Assembly (NCBI GenBank): GCA_049515655.1
Contig: JBEKTW010000007.1
Coordinates: forward strand, 64,648 to 128,647
DNA: 64,000 bases
Source: Bacteroidota bacterium
GTDB taxonomy: Bacteria; Bacteroidota; Ignavibacteria; UBA10030; SZUA-254
Direction of reading: 5' to 3'
Below the pieces are notes generated by a model. The model saw only the letters and a program-made list of their open reading frames with translations. It searched no databases and was not told where the DNA came from. Positions 46,245 through 55,569 of this stretch are shown piece after piece. A program made the position numbers and the translations under genes. Each line of letters begins with the position of its first letter. The first letter of the stretch is position 1.

Positions 46245-48332
46245 ATGGCGGATGTGCAATCCCCGGGTGAGAGTCAAAAATTTCGATCGTTCGTCCCGGC
46301 TGAGACGGACATGAAAGAATTCACGGTTCGGGCACTCCTGATCGGGTTGGTGATGTGCGTGGTGCTTGGTGCCGCAAACGCGTATCTTGGTTTGAAGGCG
46401 GGCATGACAATCGCGGCAACGTATCCGGCTGCGGTCATCGGCATGGCAGTTCTCAAGATGATGAAAGGTTCGCTCCTTGAAGAGAACTTCGCGCGTACTG
46501 TCGGTTCAATCGGAGAGTCGGTTGCCGCGGGTGCGATCTTCACAATACCGGCATTTGTTATCCTAGGGCTCTGGAAGTTTGACCCAGCGAACATGACGAG
46601 AGAATACATGCTTGCAACAGCGTTGATGATCTTAGGTGGTATTCTCGGAATTATGTTCGTCACCATTTTGCGCCGCGTAATGGTTGAGGATGCGTCGCTC
46701 CCCTTCCCCGAATCCGTGGCAGCAAGCTCCATCCACAAAGCCGGCCAGCGCGGTGCCGAGGCAGCGATGCAGCTGTTTCGAGCGATGGGTGTCGGCGCGG
46801 TCGTTAAACTCCTTGCCCGCCAAGATATCGACACCAAGGATGGATTCGGAGTGTTCTTCTACCAAAATGGATTTCAACTGGCAGTGGGGAAAATCAAGGA
46901 AGGCCTCGTTCGCCTCGGTTTAACGAAGGATGCGCATACCATCGATGCAGGCGGCATCACGTCGATCTTCGCGCCCGATGTTACTCCGGCGTACATCGGT
47001 GTCGGTTACATTATTGGTCCGGAGTTAGGCGCGCTGAACTTTGCAGGCGGGCTGCTTGCCTGGGGACTCTTTGTGCCGCTTCTTGTCTTTTTCCTTGGCC
47101 CCCATCTCATCGGTCAGTACACTGCACCCGACGGAACACAAAACTGGGCAGCGCTCACTTCACATATTTATCGGTTCATTGTCCGACCAATCGCAGTCGG
47201 AGGGATGCTCGTTGGTGCCTGTTACACTCTCTGGCGAATGCGGAAAAACCTCGTCCTCGGCATCAAGCGCGGGATTGCCGATGTTCGTAAGGCAGCCACA
47301 GCCGAAACGACTACGGTGCGCACGGAGCATGACCTTTCTTTCAAAGTCGTTCTCCTCGGCATAGCGGTGGTTTTCGTTCTCATGGTGGCCCTCTACTTCT
47401 ATTTCACACAAATGATGAGCGGTGCAATCCTGGCCGCGATTGTCATGCTTGTTACGGGATTCTTCTTTGCAGCCGTTTCGGGAAACCTCGTTGGAATGAT
47501 CGGCTCGTCAAACAACCCGATTTCCGGGCTCACTCTCGCGACGACAATCGTTGCTGCGCTCACGATGGTCATTGTGGGCACAACCGGTATTCAAGGTGTG
47601 GCAGCGGTGCTGGGTGTCGCAGCGGTCGTTTGCGTCTCGTCAGCTGTGGCCGGTGAGATGTTGCAAGACCTGAAAGTCGGGCATATCCTCGGAGGTACTC
47701 CATGGAAAATGCAGGTTGGGGATATTATCGGCGTAGTACTGGCAGGCATGGTCATGTTCTTTCCACTCTATGTCTTGCACAACGCCGACCTGGCGTCAAA
47801 TCCTCAGACGGGTGGGTTTGGAGGCAGAGCTCTCCCCGCGCCGCAGGCCGGACTCATGGCGGCACTTTCGCAAGGGATTGTTGGTGGAGAAATGGCCTGG
47901 CCATTGGTGATAGTTGGGATTGCCCTCGGCGTTTCGCTGATCCTCATTAGAGTGAAAAGCCCCATGCTATTCTCCGTCGGAATGTATCTCCCGCTCGGTA
48001 CGACATTCGCGATTTTCATGGGTGGATTGATTCGCGGTATCGTGGACAAGAGGAAGGCAAAGCGCGGCTTCAACGATGCGCAGAAAGCTCGCGTTGAAAA
48101 TGCTGGTGTGCTCGCCGCCTCCGGGTTCATTGCGGGTGAGGCATTGATGGGTCTTTTGATTGCCGCGGTAGTGTTTTTCACCGGCTCATTCCCATCGCTT
48201 TCGGTGTTTGACCCGTTTGCGGGGTGGATGGCTATACCTGTGTTCGGTTTACTTGCAGTCTATCTCGTGATTGTTCCGATGAGAAAAGCTGGTTCGCCCG
48301 ATGAACCCGCACCTCCCACGGCAATCATGTGA
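46245..48332 (+). CDS. OPT-family oligopeptide transporter
   Basis: 695 aa, about 16 TM. N-terminal FTVRALLIGLVMCVVLGAANAYLGLKAGMT is typical of bacterial OPT proteins. Confidence 0.85.
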   Translation: MADVQSPGESQKFRSFVPAETDMKEFTVRALLIGLVMCVVLGAANAYLGLKAGMTIAATYPAAVIGMAVLKMMKGSLLEENFARTVGSIGESVAAGAIFTIPAFVILGLWKFDPANMTREYMLATALMILGGILGIMFVTILRRVMVEDASLPFPESVAASSIHKAGQRGAEAAMQLFRAMGVGAVVKLLARQDIDTKDGFGVFFYQNGFQLAVGKIKEGLVRLGLTKDAHTIDAGGITSIFAPDVTPAYIGVGYIIGPELGALNFAGGLLAWGLFVPLLVFFLGPHLIGQYTAPDGTQNWAALTSHIYRFIVRPIAVGGMLVGACYTLWRMRKNLVLGIKRGIADVRKAATAETTTVRTEHDLSFKVVLLGIAVVFVLMVALYFYFTQMMSGAILAAIVMLVTGFFFAAVSGNLVGMIGSSNNPISGLTLATTIVAALTMVIVGTTGIQGVAAVLGVAAVVCVSSAVAGEMLQDLKVGHILGGTPWKMQVGDIIGVVLAGMVMFFPLYVLHNADLASNPQTGGFGGRALPAPQAGLMAALSQGIVGGEMAWPLVIVGIALGVSLILIRVKSPMLFSVGMYLPLGTTFAIFMGGLIRGIVDKRKAKRGFNDAQKARVENAGVLAASGFIAGEALMGLLIAAVVFFTGSFPSLSVFDPFAGWMAIPVFGLLAVYLVIVPMRKAGSPDEPAPPTAIM

Positions 48333-48495
48333 AAATGGTGCAGAAGCATGGAAGAGAGTCATCGCTCATCCAAGCTTCCGAGTGAAGCTTGATGTGCAGG
48401 GAAGCTTTGTGTGGAACCATTGCGAAGACTCATGCGCGACGGGTTTTTGATAATTGAAGAAACCGCAAACTAACAAATAGAAAAGGAGAAACATT

Positions 48496-49953
48496 GTGTC
48501 AAGTGCTATTGAAGGATTAAAACCAGAACTCGTGTGGAAATACTTTGCCGAAATTTCCCGCATCCCCCGCGGTTCCAAGAACGAGGCCGCGATATCAAAA
48601 CACATCGTTGAGACGGCGAAGAAACTCGGCCTGCAGGTCAAACAGGATCGCCTGGGGAATGTTGTGGTAAAGAAGCCGGCGTCGCCGGGCAAGCAGCAAG
48701 TCCATCCGATCTGTTTGCAGGGGCATCTCGATATGGTGTGCGAAAAAAATGCCGATAAGATCCACGACTTCACGAAGGATCCCATTGAGCTTGTGCGAAA
48801 AGGAAACTTAATGATGGCGAACGGCACAACGCTTGGGGCCGACAACGGTGTCGCCGTAGCTACGAATCTTGCCATCATGGAAGATAAATCCCTTGAACAT
48901 GGCCCCCTCGAACTGTTATTCACGATTGATGAAGAAACCGGTTTGACGGGCGCCAGCAACCTCGCCCACGATTTTCTCGAAAGCAAAACGCTGATGAATC
49001 TCGACTCCGAGGAAGAAGGAGCTCTCTACGTCGGCTGCTCGGGCGGCAAAGATACCGTGGCGACGTGGAAGGCGGGGTTCGAAAAAGCTCCCGCGCAAAC
49101 GGTGGCTGTCCGGCTGAAAGTCTCCGGGCTGCGGGGCGGACATTCAGGATTGGAGATCGAGAAGGGCCGCGGGAACGCGATAAAGATTATCAACAGGGTT
49201 CTGATAGAGCTTTCCTCTCTCGGTGCGCGGCTTTCGGCTATCGATGGCGGAAATAAACGTAATGCCATCCCGCGCGAGTGTGAGGCAATCCTTTTCATCC
49301 CGAAAAAGAACATCGACGGGGCGAAAAAGGTAGTCGCCCGTTACAACACGACCGTGAGATCGGAATTCGCAACCGTGGAAAAAGATCTTTCCATCGCCAT
49401 GACGGAAGTGTCGGGCGGGAAGAAGGAAAAGGTCGTTAAAAAAGCCATGCAGAAGAAACTTTGTCAGACCATTTCCGCCCTGCCTCACGGTGTCATCAAG
49501 ATGAGCGCGGATATTTCATGGCTGGTGGAGACATCGACGAATGTCGCCGTCATCAACACGACGAAGAACGCCATCGTGCTTGCAACGAGTCAGCGGAGCC
49601 CGGTCGCATCCGAGCTCGACGAGATCGTTCAAACGGTTGCGACTATTTTTGAGCTTGGCGCTGCCGCCGTGGAACAAACCGACGGATATCCCGGCTGGAA
49701 ACCCAATCTCGAGTCGCCTATCCTCAAGCTCGCGATCAACACTTACAAATCCCTCTACGGAAAAGAACCCGAAGTGAAAGCCGTCCACGCCGGACTCGAA
49801 TGCGGCATCATCGGCGAGAGGTTTCCCGGAATAGACATGGTCTCCCTCGGTCCGACGCTCGAGGCCGTGCATTCACCGGAGGAAAAGATTTTCATCGATA
49901 CCGTTGACAAGTTCTGGAAGTACTTGCTGGCGATTTTGAAATCGGTTACATAA
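48496..49953 (+). CDS. pepD: aminoacyl-histidine (Xaa-His) dipeptidase, M20C
   Basis: GTG start with AAGGAG 8 nt upstream. LKPELVWKYFAEISRIPRGS, GHLDMVCEKN, TIDEETGLTGA. Confidence 0.9.
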   Translation: MSSAIEGLKPELVWKYFAEISRIPRGSKNEAAISKHIVETAKKLGLQVKQDRLGNVVVKKPASPGKQQVHPICLQGHLDMVCEKNADKIHDFTKDPIELVRKGNLMMANGTTLGADNGVAVATNLAIMEDKSLEHGPLELLFTIDEETGLTGASNLAHDFLESKTLMNLDSEEEGALYVGCSGGKDTVATWKAGFEKAPAQTVAVRLKVSGLRGGHSGLEIEKGRGNAIKIINRVLIELSSLGARLSAIDGGNKRNAIPRECEAILFIPKKNIDGAKKVVARYNTTVRSEFATVEKDLSIAMTEVSGGKKEKVVKKAMQKKLCQTISALPHGVIKMSADISWLVETSTNVAVINTTKNAIVLATSQRSPVASELDEIVQTVATIFELGAAAVEQTDGYPGWKPNLESPILKLAINTYKSLYGKEPEVKAVHAGLECGIIGERFPGIDMVSLGPTLEAVHSPEEKIFIDTVDKFWKYLLAILKSVT

Positions 49954-49985
49954 CACGTACCCGGATCCCGAAGTAATCTGCTAAC

Positions 49986-50020
49986 GTGCGACGCCGTTTG
50001 CGCGTCGCACTGCTGTTTTT
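49986..50020 (+). terminator. rho-independent terminator after pepD
   Basis: GTGCGACGC / GCGTCGCAC 9-bp stem followed by TGCTGTTTTT. Confidence 0.8.
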
Positions 50021-50167
50021 GTCAATGATGTTGTCTTACATCAGGCATTTTGAACCTTGCCCCCCCGCGAAGACAAGGCAGGTCCCTTTCTTTGCTTCTT
50101 CCCATATTTTTCTCTATTTTGGTTTGTTTTTCAAAAACAGCTGTCTCACCACATAGGTGTCGAACGC

Positions 50168-51463
50168 ATGACTGATCCCAGTATCCAACCTCTCGCAACC
50201 GATCGTCCCACGCCCCCACGCTGGTATCGCTGGCTGGTGCTGATCTTCGTGAGTCTCACGATGTTCGGCAATTATTACGTGTACGATGCCCTGAGTCCGC
50301 TTGCGGATGTGCTGAAGCAGCAACTCGGCTTCAGCGATGAGAATATTGGACTGCTTCAGGCGTTGTACAGCTTTCCGAACATCTTTACCGTTCTGCTCGG
50401 TGGCGTCGTGATCGACCGGATCGGGGTCCGGAAATCCATCTTCATCTTTGGCGTCCTGTGCTTTGTGGGTGCCGTCATCACGGTTCTCACTCCGTCGCTT
50501 TGGGTCATGGGAGCGGGACGTCTGGTGTTCGGCATGGGCGCAGAATCGCTGATTGTTGCCGTGACAACCGCACTTGCCAAATGGTTCAGAGGCAAAGAAC
50601 TGAGCTTCGCGTTCGGAATCAACCTGTTGATCGCACGGGCCGGTTCATTCGCCGCGCTGAACTCCCCGTCATGGGCGAGCTGGGCATTCAAGGACTGGCG
50701 ACTGCCTTTCCTCATAGCGACAGGGATATCGACGCTGTGTGTGGTCGGCGCTGTCATCTACTGGGCGATGGAGGTACGTGCAGAGAAGCAGTACTCGCTT
50801 GGCGAAGCATCGACGGATAAGGTTGTGTTCGCCGACCTTTTTAAGTTTGGCGTTTCCTATTGGTACATTGTCATGTTGTGCATCGTGTTCTACTCGGCGA
50901 TCTTCCCCTTCCAGACATTTGCGGTGAAGTTCTTCATGGAGGCCCATGGTGCCTCGCGCGAGGAAGGCGGTTTCCTGTCGAGTATGCTAACCCTGTTTGC
51001 CATGTTTGCGACACCGCTGTTCGGATTGATGGCCGACAGGTTCGGAAAACGCTCGCTCATGATGATGTTCGGCTCATTCCTTCTCATCCCGGTCTACCTG
51101 ATGATGGCGTATACTCATATGACCCTGTACCTGCCGATGGCAATGATGGGAGTGGCCTTCTCGTTGATCCCTGCTGTGATGTGGCCCTCAGTCGCGTACA
51201 TCGTCGACCAGTCGAAGCTCGGAACTGCCTACGGTTTGATGACGATGATCCAGAACATCGGACTCTTCGGTTTTAATCTTCTGATCGGATGGGCGAATGA
51301 CTACTCCGGCGCAAGCCAGGCAAATCCTGGCGGATACTCGCTCGGCATGTGGATCTTCTCGTGTCTTGGATTTTTCGGAGTGCTCTTCGCTTTTCTCCTG
51401 AGAAGAAATGAAACGGGTCCGCATGCGCACGGATTGGAGACAATCACAACGACGAGCAAGTGA
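50168..51463 (+). CDS. MFS transporter (resembles MFSD1-type dipeptide transporters)
   Basis: Internal ATG 50168. 12 TM. WYRWLVLIFVSLTMFGNYYVYDALSPLADVL...ALYSFPNIF..LLGGVVIDRIG. Confidence 0.75.
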   Translation: MTDPSIQPLATDRPTPPRWYRWLVLIFVSLTMFGNYYVYDALSPLADVLKQQLGFSDENIGLLQALYSFPNIFTVLLGGVVIDRIGVRKSIFIFGVLCFVGAVITVLTPSLWVMGAGRLVFGMGAESLIVAVTTALAKWFRGKELSFAFGINLLIARAGSFAALNSPSWASWAFKDWRLPFLIATGISTLCVVGAVIYWAMEVRAEKQYSLGEASTDKVVFADLFKFGVSYWYIVMLCIVFYSAIFPFQTFAVKFFMEAHGASREEGGFLSSMLTLFAMFATPLFGLMADRFGKRSLMMMFGSFLLIPVYLMMAYTHMTLYLPMAMMGVAFSLIPAVMWPSVAYIVDQSKLGTAYGLMTMIQNIGLFGFNLLIGWANDYSGASQANPGGYSLGMWIFSCLGFFGVLFAFLLRRNETGPHAHGLETITTTSK

Positions 51464-51520
51464 AAGGGTATTTTCGATTTACGAATTGCGATTTACGATT
51501 CTAATAATGTCGGAGGCAGT

Positions 51521-51883
51521 ATGAATGAGGAGGAATTAAAACAACGGTGCAAGGCAATGGCCTTGCGAGTAATCAGACTTGTCATGGCGCTGCCGAAGAA
51601 TAATGTTGGTGCTGTATTGGGCAAACAACTCGCCCGGTCTGCAACATCTGTCGCAGCAAACTATCGGGCGACTTGCAAGGCACGGTCGAAGGCGGATTTC
51701 TTGTCGAAGCTTGGAGTTGTGGAGGAGGAGGCTGACGAGACACAGCTATGGATTGAATTGATTATTGATTCAGGTATAGTGAGAGCATCGCGTGCAGTCA
51801 ATTTGTTGGATGAAGTTAAACAATTGACAGCTATCTTCGCTGCTTCAAGAATCACTGCACGGAAGAACTCCGCGGAATTGTAA
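51521..51883 (+). CDS. four-helix-bundle protein (TIGR02436 family, divergent subgroup)
   Basis: 120 aa. ..LARSATSVAANYRATCKARSKADFLSKLGVVEEEADETQLWIELI. Confidence 0.8.
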   Translation: MNEEELKQRCKAMALRVIRLVMALPKNNVGAVLGKQLARSATSVAANYRATCKARSKADFLSKLGVVEEEADETQLWIELIIDSGIVRASRAVNLLDEVKQLTAIFAASRITARKNSAEL

Positions 51884-51920
51884 ATAGCAAAGCACTTTCA
51901 CGGCGAACGATTTACAATCG

Positions 51921-52031
51921 ACAAAGATTGAAAGTCTCTTGAATGAGGTCTGCCAGCTTACAGCAATAATGGCAGCGTCAAGGATTGCCGCTCGCCGAAA
52001 TCAAGATTCAGGACCAAGAAAACAAGTGTAA
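51921..52031 (+). pseudogene. C-terminal fragment of a second four-helix-bundle gene
   Basis: Translates to TKIESLLNEVCQLTAIMAASRIAARRNQDSGPRKQV*. About 65% identical (by eye) over ~26 aa to the C-terminus of 51521-51883 (NLLDEVKQLTAIFAASRITARKN). No N-terminal part. Confidence 0.7.
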
Positions 52032-52038
52032 CTTGTAA

Positions 52039-52434
52039 ATGCCAGAGTATTTGCACGAAAAGCATTTCAGCCTCGACCAGGCCCGGAGAATGCTGTCGGG
52101 AATCACGAAACTTGTCGAGGAGATCACGAGATTGAAGCACAGACTCAATGAGCTGGGATTCGACATCTATCGCCACCAGTACTTTGGCGGAAGTGGCCCG
52201 AACGGACTGAGATTTTTTCCCCGGGAAATGGAGCAACTTGTCGAGATCGCAAAGAAGCTCGATAAGAAGGGTATTCTGATCAAAAGTTTCGATGAAGGAC
52301 TCATCGATTTCCCGCATATTCGTTCCAACGGAGAGGAAGTCTATTTGTGCTGGAAAGTGGGCGAAGGTGATATTCAGTACTGGCACACTATCCCCGATGG
52401 CTTTGCGGGGAGAAGATCCATCAAAGAGCTGTGA
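52039..52434 (+). CDS. DUF2203-family protein
   Basis: 131 aa. The family call is from recollection of the conserved N-terminal helix and the GEEVYLCWKVGE..YWH segment. Confidence 0.45.
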   Translation: MPEYLHEKHFSLDQARRMLSGITKLVEEITRLKHRLNELGFDIYRHQYFGGSGPNGLRFFPREMEQLVEIAKKLDKKGILIKSFDEGLIDFPHIRSNGEEVYLCWKVGEGDIQYWHTIPDGFAGRRSIKEL

Positions 52435-52549
52435 AGGAATGCGGAAGAGCCAGGGGCCTACCGGTGCCGGACCATGCCGGAGTGAATGCGTGAATTATTG
52501 ACTTTCATTCAATTTTTCCTCAAATTTACGTAGACAAACGTACGCTCGA

Positions 52550-52939
52550 ATGGCACCTTTTGTACGAAAAAGAATCCTCGCCGTAGACGATAATATGACT
52601 ATGGTGAATGAAATCAAACGGTGGATCGTCATCGCGGGATACGATGCCGAGTGTGCTACCAGCGGGAAGGAAGCACTGGAGAAAATCCAGAAAGAATCTT
52701 TCGACCTTGTGATTCTTGACGCGATGATGCCGGAAATGAACGGCTTCGAAGTCGCGCGCCAGATTCGAACTCTTTACCCCGACGCGAAAATCCCGATCAT
52801 CATGCTCACCGGGCTGAAAGTTCAAGCAGACGTCATGTCGGCGCATTCTGCCGGGGTTAACGAGCTGATCACGAAACCCGTCGAGTTCGATGAGCTGGTT
52901 GGCAAGATTACCCACTATCTCAAGAGCCCATTCCGATGA
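52550..52939 (+). CDS. stand-alone response-regulator receiver (CheY-like)
   Basis: 129 aa. ILAVDDN.., phospho-acceptor context DLVILDAMMPEMNG, conserved K (ELITKP). No output domain. Confidence 0.85.
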   Translation: MAPFVRKRILAVDDNMTMVNEIKRWIVIAGYDAECATSGKEALEKIQKESFDLVILDAMMPEMNGFEVARQIRTLYPDAKIPIIMLTGLKVQADVMSAHSAGVNELITKPVEFDELVGKITHYLKSPFR

Positions 52940-52988
52940 CCCGTTTCGATGTATTGACCGTTGTGTTTTTTTCGCCCACATTCTTTAA

Positions 52989-53390
52989 ATGGAAAGGATA
53001 GGATGTATGGCAGAATCATGGAAGAAAAAGATTTTTGTCGTTGACGATGACCCGATGTTCATCATGTCGATCAAAGGTCTGCTCACTGGAGCAGGGTATG
53101 ACGTCGATACGGCGATGACCGGCAAGGACGCGTTGGAAAAACTCGGTAAGGGGATGCCGGATCTCATCATCATCGATGTCATCATGAAAGACATGAACGG
53201 GTTCGTGCTGACACGGGCGATCCGGGAGGTCGACAAGAAGGTTCCCATCATCATTTTGACGGGAATGAGAGCGGAGTCGGACAAGTTCGAAGCCAAATTG
53301 GCCGGCGCCAATGAATACATGAATAAACCCGTTGCCCCGGATGACCTCTTGCGGCGCATGAAGTCGCTCATGGGTCCGGTGATTCGATAG
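52989..53390 (+). CDS. stand-alone response-regulator receiver (CheY-like)
   Basis: IFVVDDDP.., DLIIIDVIMKDMNG, NEYMNKP. The start may instead be the ATG at 53007. Confidence 0.85.
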   Translation: MERIGCMAESWKKKIFVVDDDPMFIMSIKGLLTGAGYDVDTAMTGKDALEKLGKGMPDLIIIDVIMKDMNGFVLTRAIREVDKKVPIIILTGMRAESDKFEAKLAGANEYMNKPVAPDDLLRRMKSLMGPVIR

Positions 53391-53479
53391 TTGTAGACTG
53401 GGGAAGAGTTTCATCGATTTATGACACGGTTGATGATCGTGTCAAGTGAGAGGCGTTCCGTCAAAGAGAATCCGCACGC

Positions 53480-55495
53480 ATGCCATTCAAACTCATCACA
53501 GATCTAGCACCCAGCGGCGACCAGCCTGAAGCAATCCGTCAACTCATCGAAGGCGTGCGGCGGGGGGACAAGTACCAAACGCTTCTTGGCGTCACAGGGA
53601 GCGGCAAGACCTTCACCATCTCGAACGTCATCGCGACGCTGCAGAAGCCGGTGCTGGTCATGTCGCACAACAAGACGCTCGCAGCGCAATTGTACGGCGA
53701 ATTCAGGCAATTCTTTCCGCACGACCGGGTGGAGTTCTTCATCAGTTACTACGACTATTACCAGCCGGAAGCGTATATTCCCCATACCGACACCTACATT
53801 GCGAAGGACGCGTCGATCAATGACGAGATCGACCGGCTCCGGCTGCGAGCGACGAGTGCGCTGCTGGGTGAGCAGAAGAACGTGATCGTTGTCGCTTCGG
53901 TAAGCTGTATCTACGGCATCGGAGCACCCGAGGAATGGTTGGAGCAAATGGTGCCGGTTCGAAAAGGTCAGACCATCGAGCGCAACCAGCTCCTGCGCAA
54001 GTTGCTCGACATTCATTACCTTCGCAACGATTTTGAATTTACGCGCGGGACGTTTCGTGTACGCGGCGACATTGTTGAAATCATCCCCGCCGGCGAGAAT
54101 GAAGAGGCACTTCGCATTCAGTTCTTCGGTGACGAGATCGAGAAGATTTCATACATCAACCGCATGACTGGCGACGTCAGGGAGGAAACGGACTCCGAGA
54201 TCATTTATCCGGCGAAACATTTTGTGACTTCCCGGCCGACACTGGAGCGTGCTCTCACAGGCATCGAGGAGGAATTGCGGGAACGGCTGTCTGAATTTCG
54301 CCGTCAGGGGAAACTCCTCGAAGCACAGCGGCTTGAGCAGAGAACGCGTTTCGATATGGAAATGATGCGGGAAATAGGATACTGCAGCGGCATTGAAAAC
54401 TACTCCCGTCATATTGCGGGCCGTCAGCCCGGTTCCCGGCCATACTGTTTGTTCGATTACCTCCCGAAAGATTTTCTCCTCGTGATCGATGAATCCCACG
54501 TGACCGTTCCCCAGATAGGAGGTATGTGGCATGGAGACCGTTCGCGCAAGACGACACTTGTCGAACATGGATTCCGTCTGCCCTCGGCACTCGACAACCG
54601 TCCGCTGACGTTTGAAGAATGGGAGGCCAGCGTCAACCAGGTTATTTTCGTCAGTGCGACGCCCGGCCCCTACGAGCTGGAGAAGTGCAAAGGCGTCGTG
54701 GTGGAGCAGGTCATCCGCCCGACCGGCCTGGTGGATCCACCGGTCGAGGTGCGCGCCGTGAAAAACCAGATCGACGATTTGATCGCGGAGATCCGTTCAC
54801 GCACCAAGCTCCACGAACGCTGCCTTGTCACGACGCTGACCAAACGCATGGCGGAGGACCTGTCGAAGTATCTCAGCGACATCAATATCAAGGTGCGATA
54901 CATTCATTCTGAGATTGACGCCCTTGAGCGTGTGGAAATTCTGCGCGACCTGCGCCTTGGTGATTTCGATGTGCTTGTCGGCGTAAATCTCCTCAGGGAA
55001 GGTCTGGATTTGCCCGAGGTTTCCCTCGTCGCGATTCTCGATGCCGACAAAGAAGGCTTCCTGCGCTCGGAACGTTCCTTGATTCAAACCGCCGGGCGGA
55101 CGGCAAGAAACCTCAACGGGAAAGTCGTATTGTATGCGGATACCGTCACGGGTTCCATGGAAAGAATGTTGAGCGAAACGCGGCGGCGGAGATTGAAGCA
55201 AATCGAATTCAATACTGAGCACGGCATTACGCCTAAGACAATCTACAAAACGACGGAAGAGGTGCTCGCAAGCACCGCGGTTGCCGACATGAAGGCATCG
55301 TACGATGCCCGGCGCGAACGGGCTGCCGCGCCGAAAATTGAGGAAAACATCCTGCGTCACCTAACGGACGAGCAGCGAAGAGATATGATCGAGGAGTTGA
55401 AAGCTGCCATGCGCAGCGCCGCCCGCGACCTTGAGTTTGAGCGTGCCGCTAGGTTGCGCGACGAAATCGACCGGCTTGAGAAAATGAAAAAGTGA
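53480..55495 (+). CDS. uvrB: excinuclease ABC subunit B
   Basis: 671 aa. GVTGSGKTF Walker A, DESH box (VIDESHVT), C-terminal UVR domain ([11 protein letters not shown]). Confidence 0.97.
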   Translation: MPFKLITDLAPSGDQPEAIRQLIEGVRRGDKYQTLLGVTGSGKTFTISNVIATLQKPVLVMSHNKTLAAQLYGEFRQFFPHDRVEFFISYYDYYQPEAYIPHTDTYIAKDASINDEIDRLRLRATSALLGEQKNVIVVASVSCIYGIGAPEEWLEQMVPVRKGQTIERNQLLRKLLDIHYLRNDFEFTRGTFRVRGDIVEIIPAGENEEALRIQFFGDEIEKISYINRMTGDVREETDSEIIYPAKHFVTSRPTLERALTGIEEELRERLSEFRRQGKLLEAQRLEQRTRFDMEMMREIGYCSGIENYSRHIAGRQPGSRPYCLFDYLPKDFLLVIDESHVTVPQIGGMWHGDRSRKTTLVEHGFRLPSALDNRPLTFEEWEASVNQVIFVSATPGPYELEKCKGVVVEQVIRPTGLVDPPVEVRAVKNQIDDLIAEIRSRTKLHERCLVTTLTKRMAEDLSKYLSDINIKVRYIHSEIDALERVEILRDLRLGDFDVLVGVNLLREGLDLPEVSLVAILDADKEGFLRSERSLIQTAGRTARNLNGKVVLYADTVTGSMERMLSETRRRRLKQIEFNTEHGITPKTIYKTTEEVLASTAVADMKASYDARRERAAAPKIEENILRHLTDEQRRDMIEELKAAMRSAARDLEFERAARLRDEIDRLEKMKK

Positions 55496-55569
55496 TCCCG
55501 ACTCTGTCGGGACCCGACTACTGTTCGCAAATCTCTACGGTTCCAGGTTCTTCGGAGGCTGCCACCTTA

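Larger units (their letters stand above)
51464..52038 (+). mobile_element. four-helix-bundle cassette D (MFS|DUF2203 spacer) with CGATTTACRA words and a second 4HB gene fragment
   Basis: CGATTTACGAATTGCGATTTACGATTC at about 51474-51500 and CGATTTACAATCG at about 51908-51920. The words are in direct orientation here; no clear flank complementarity. Confidence 0.5.
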
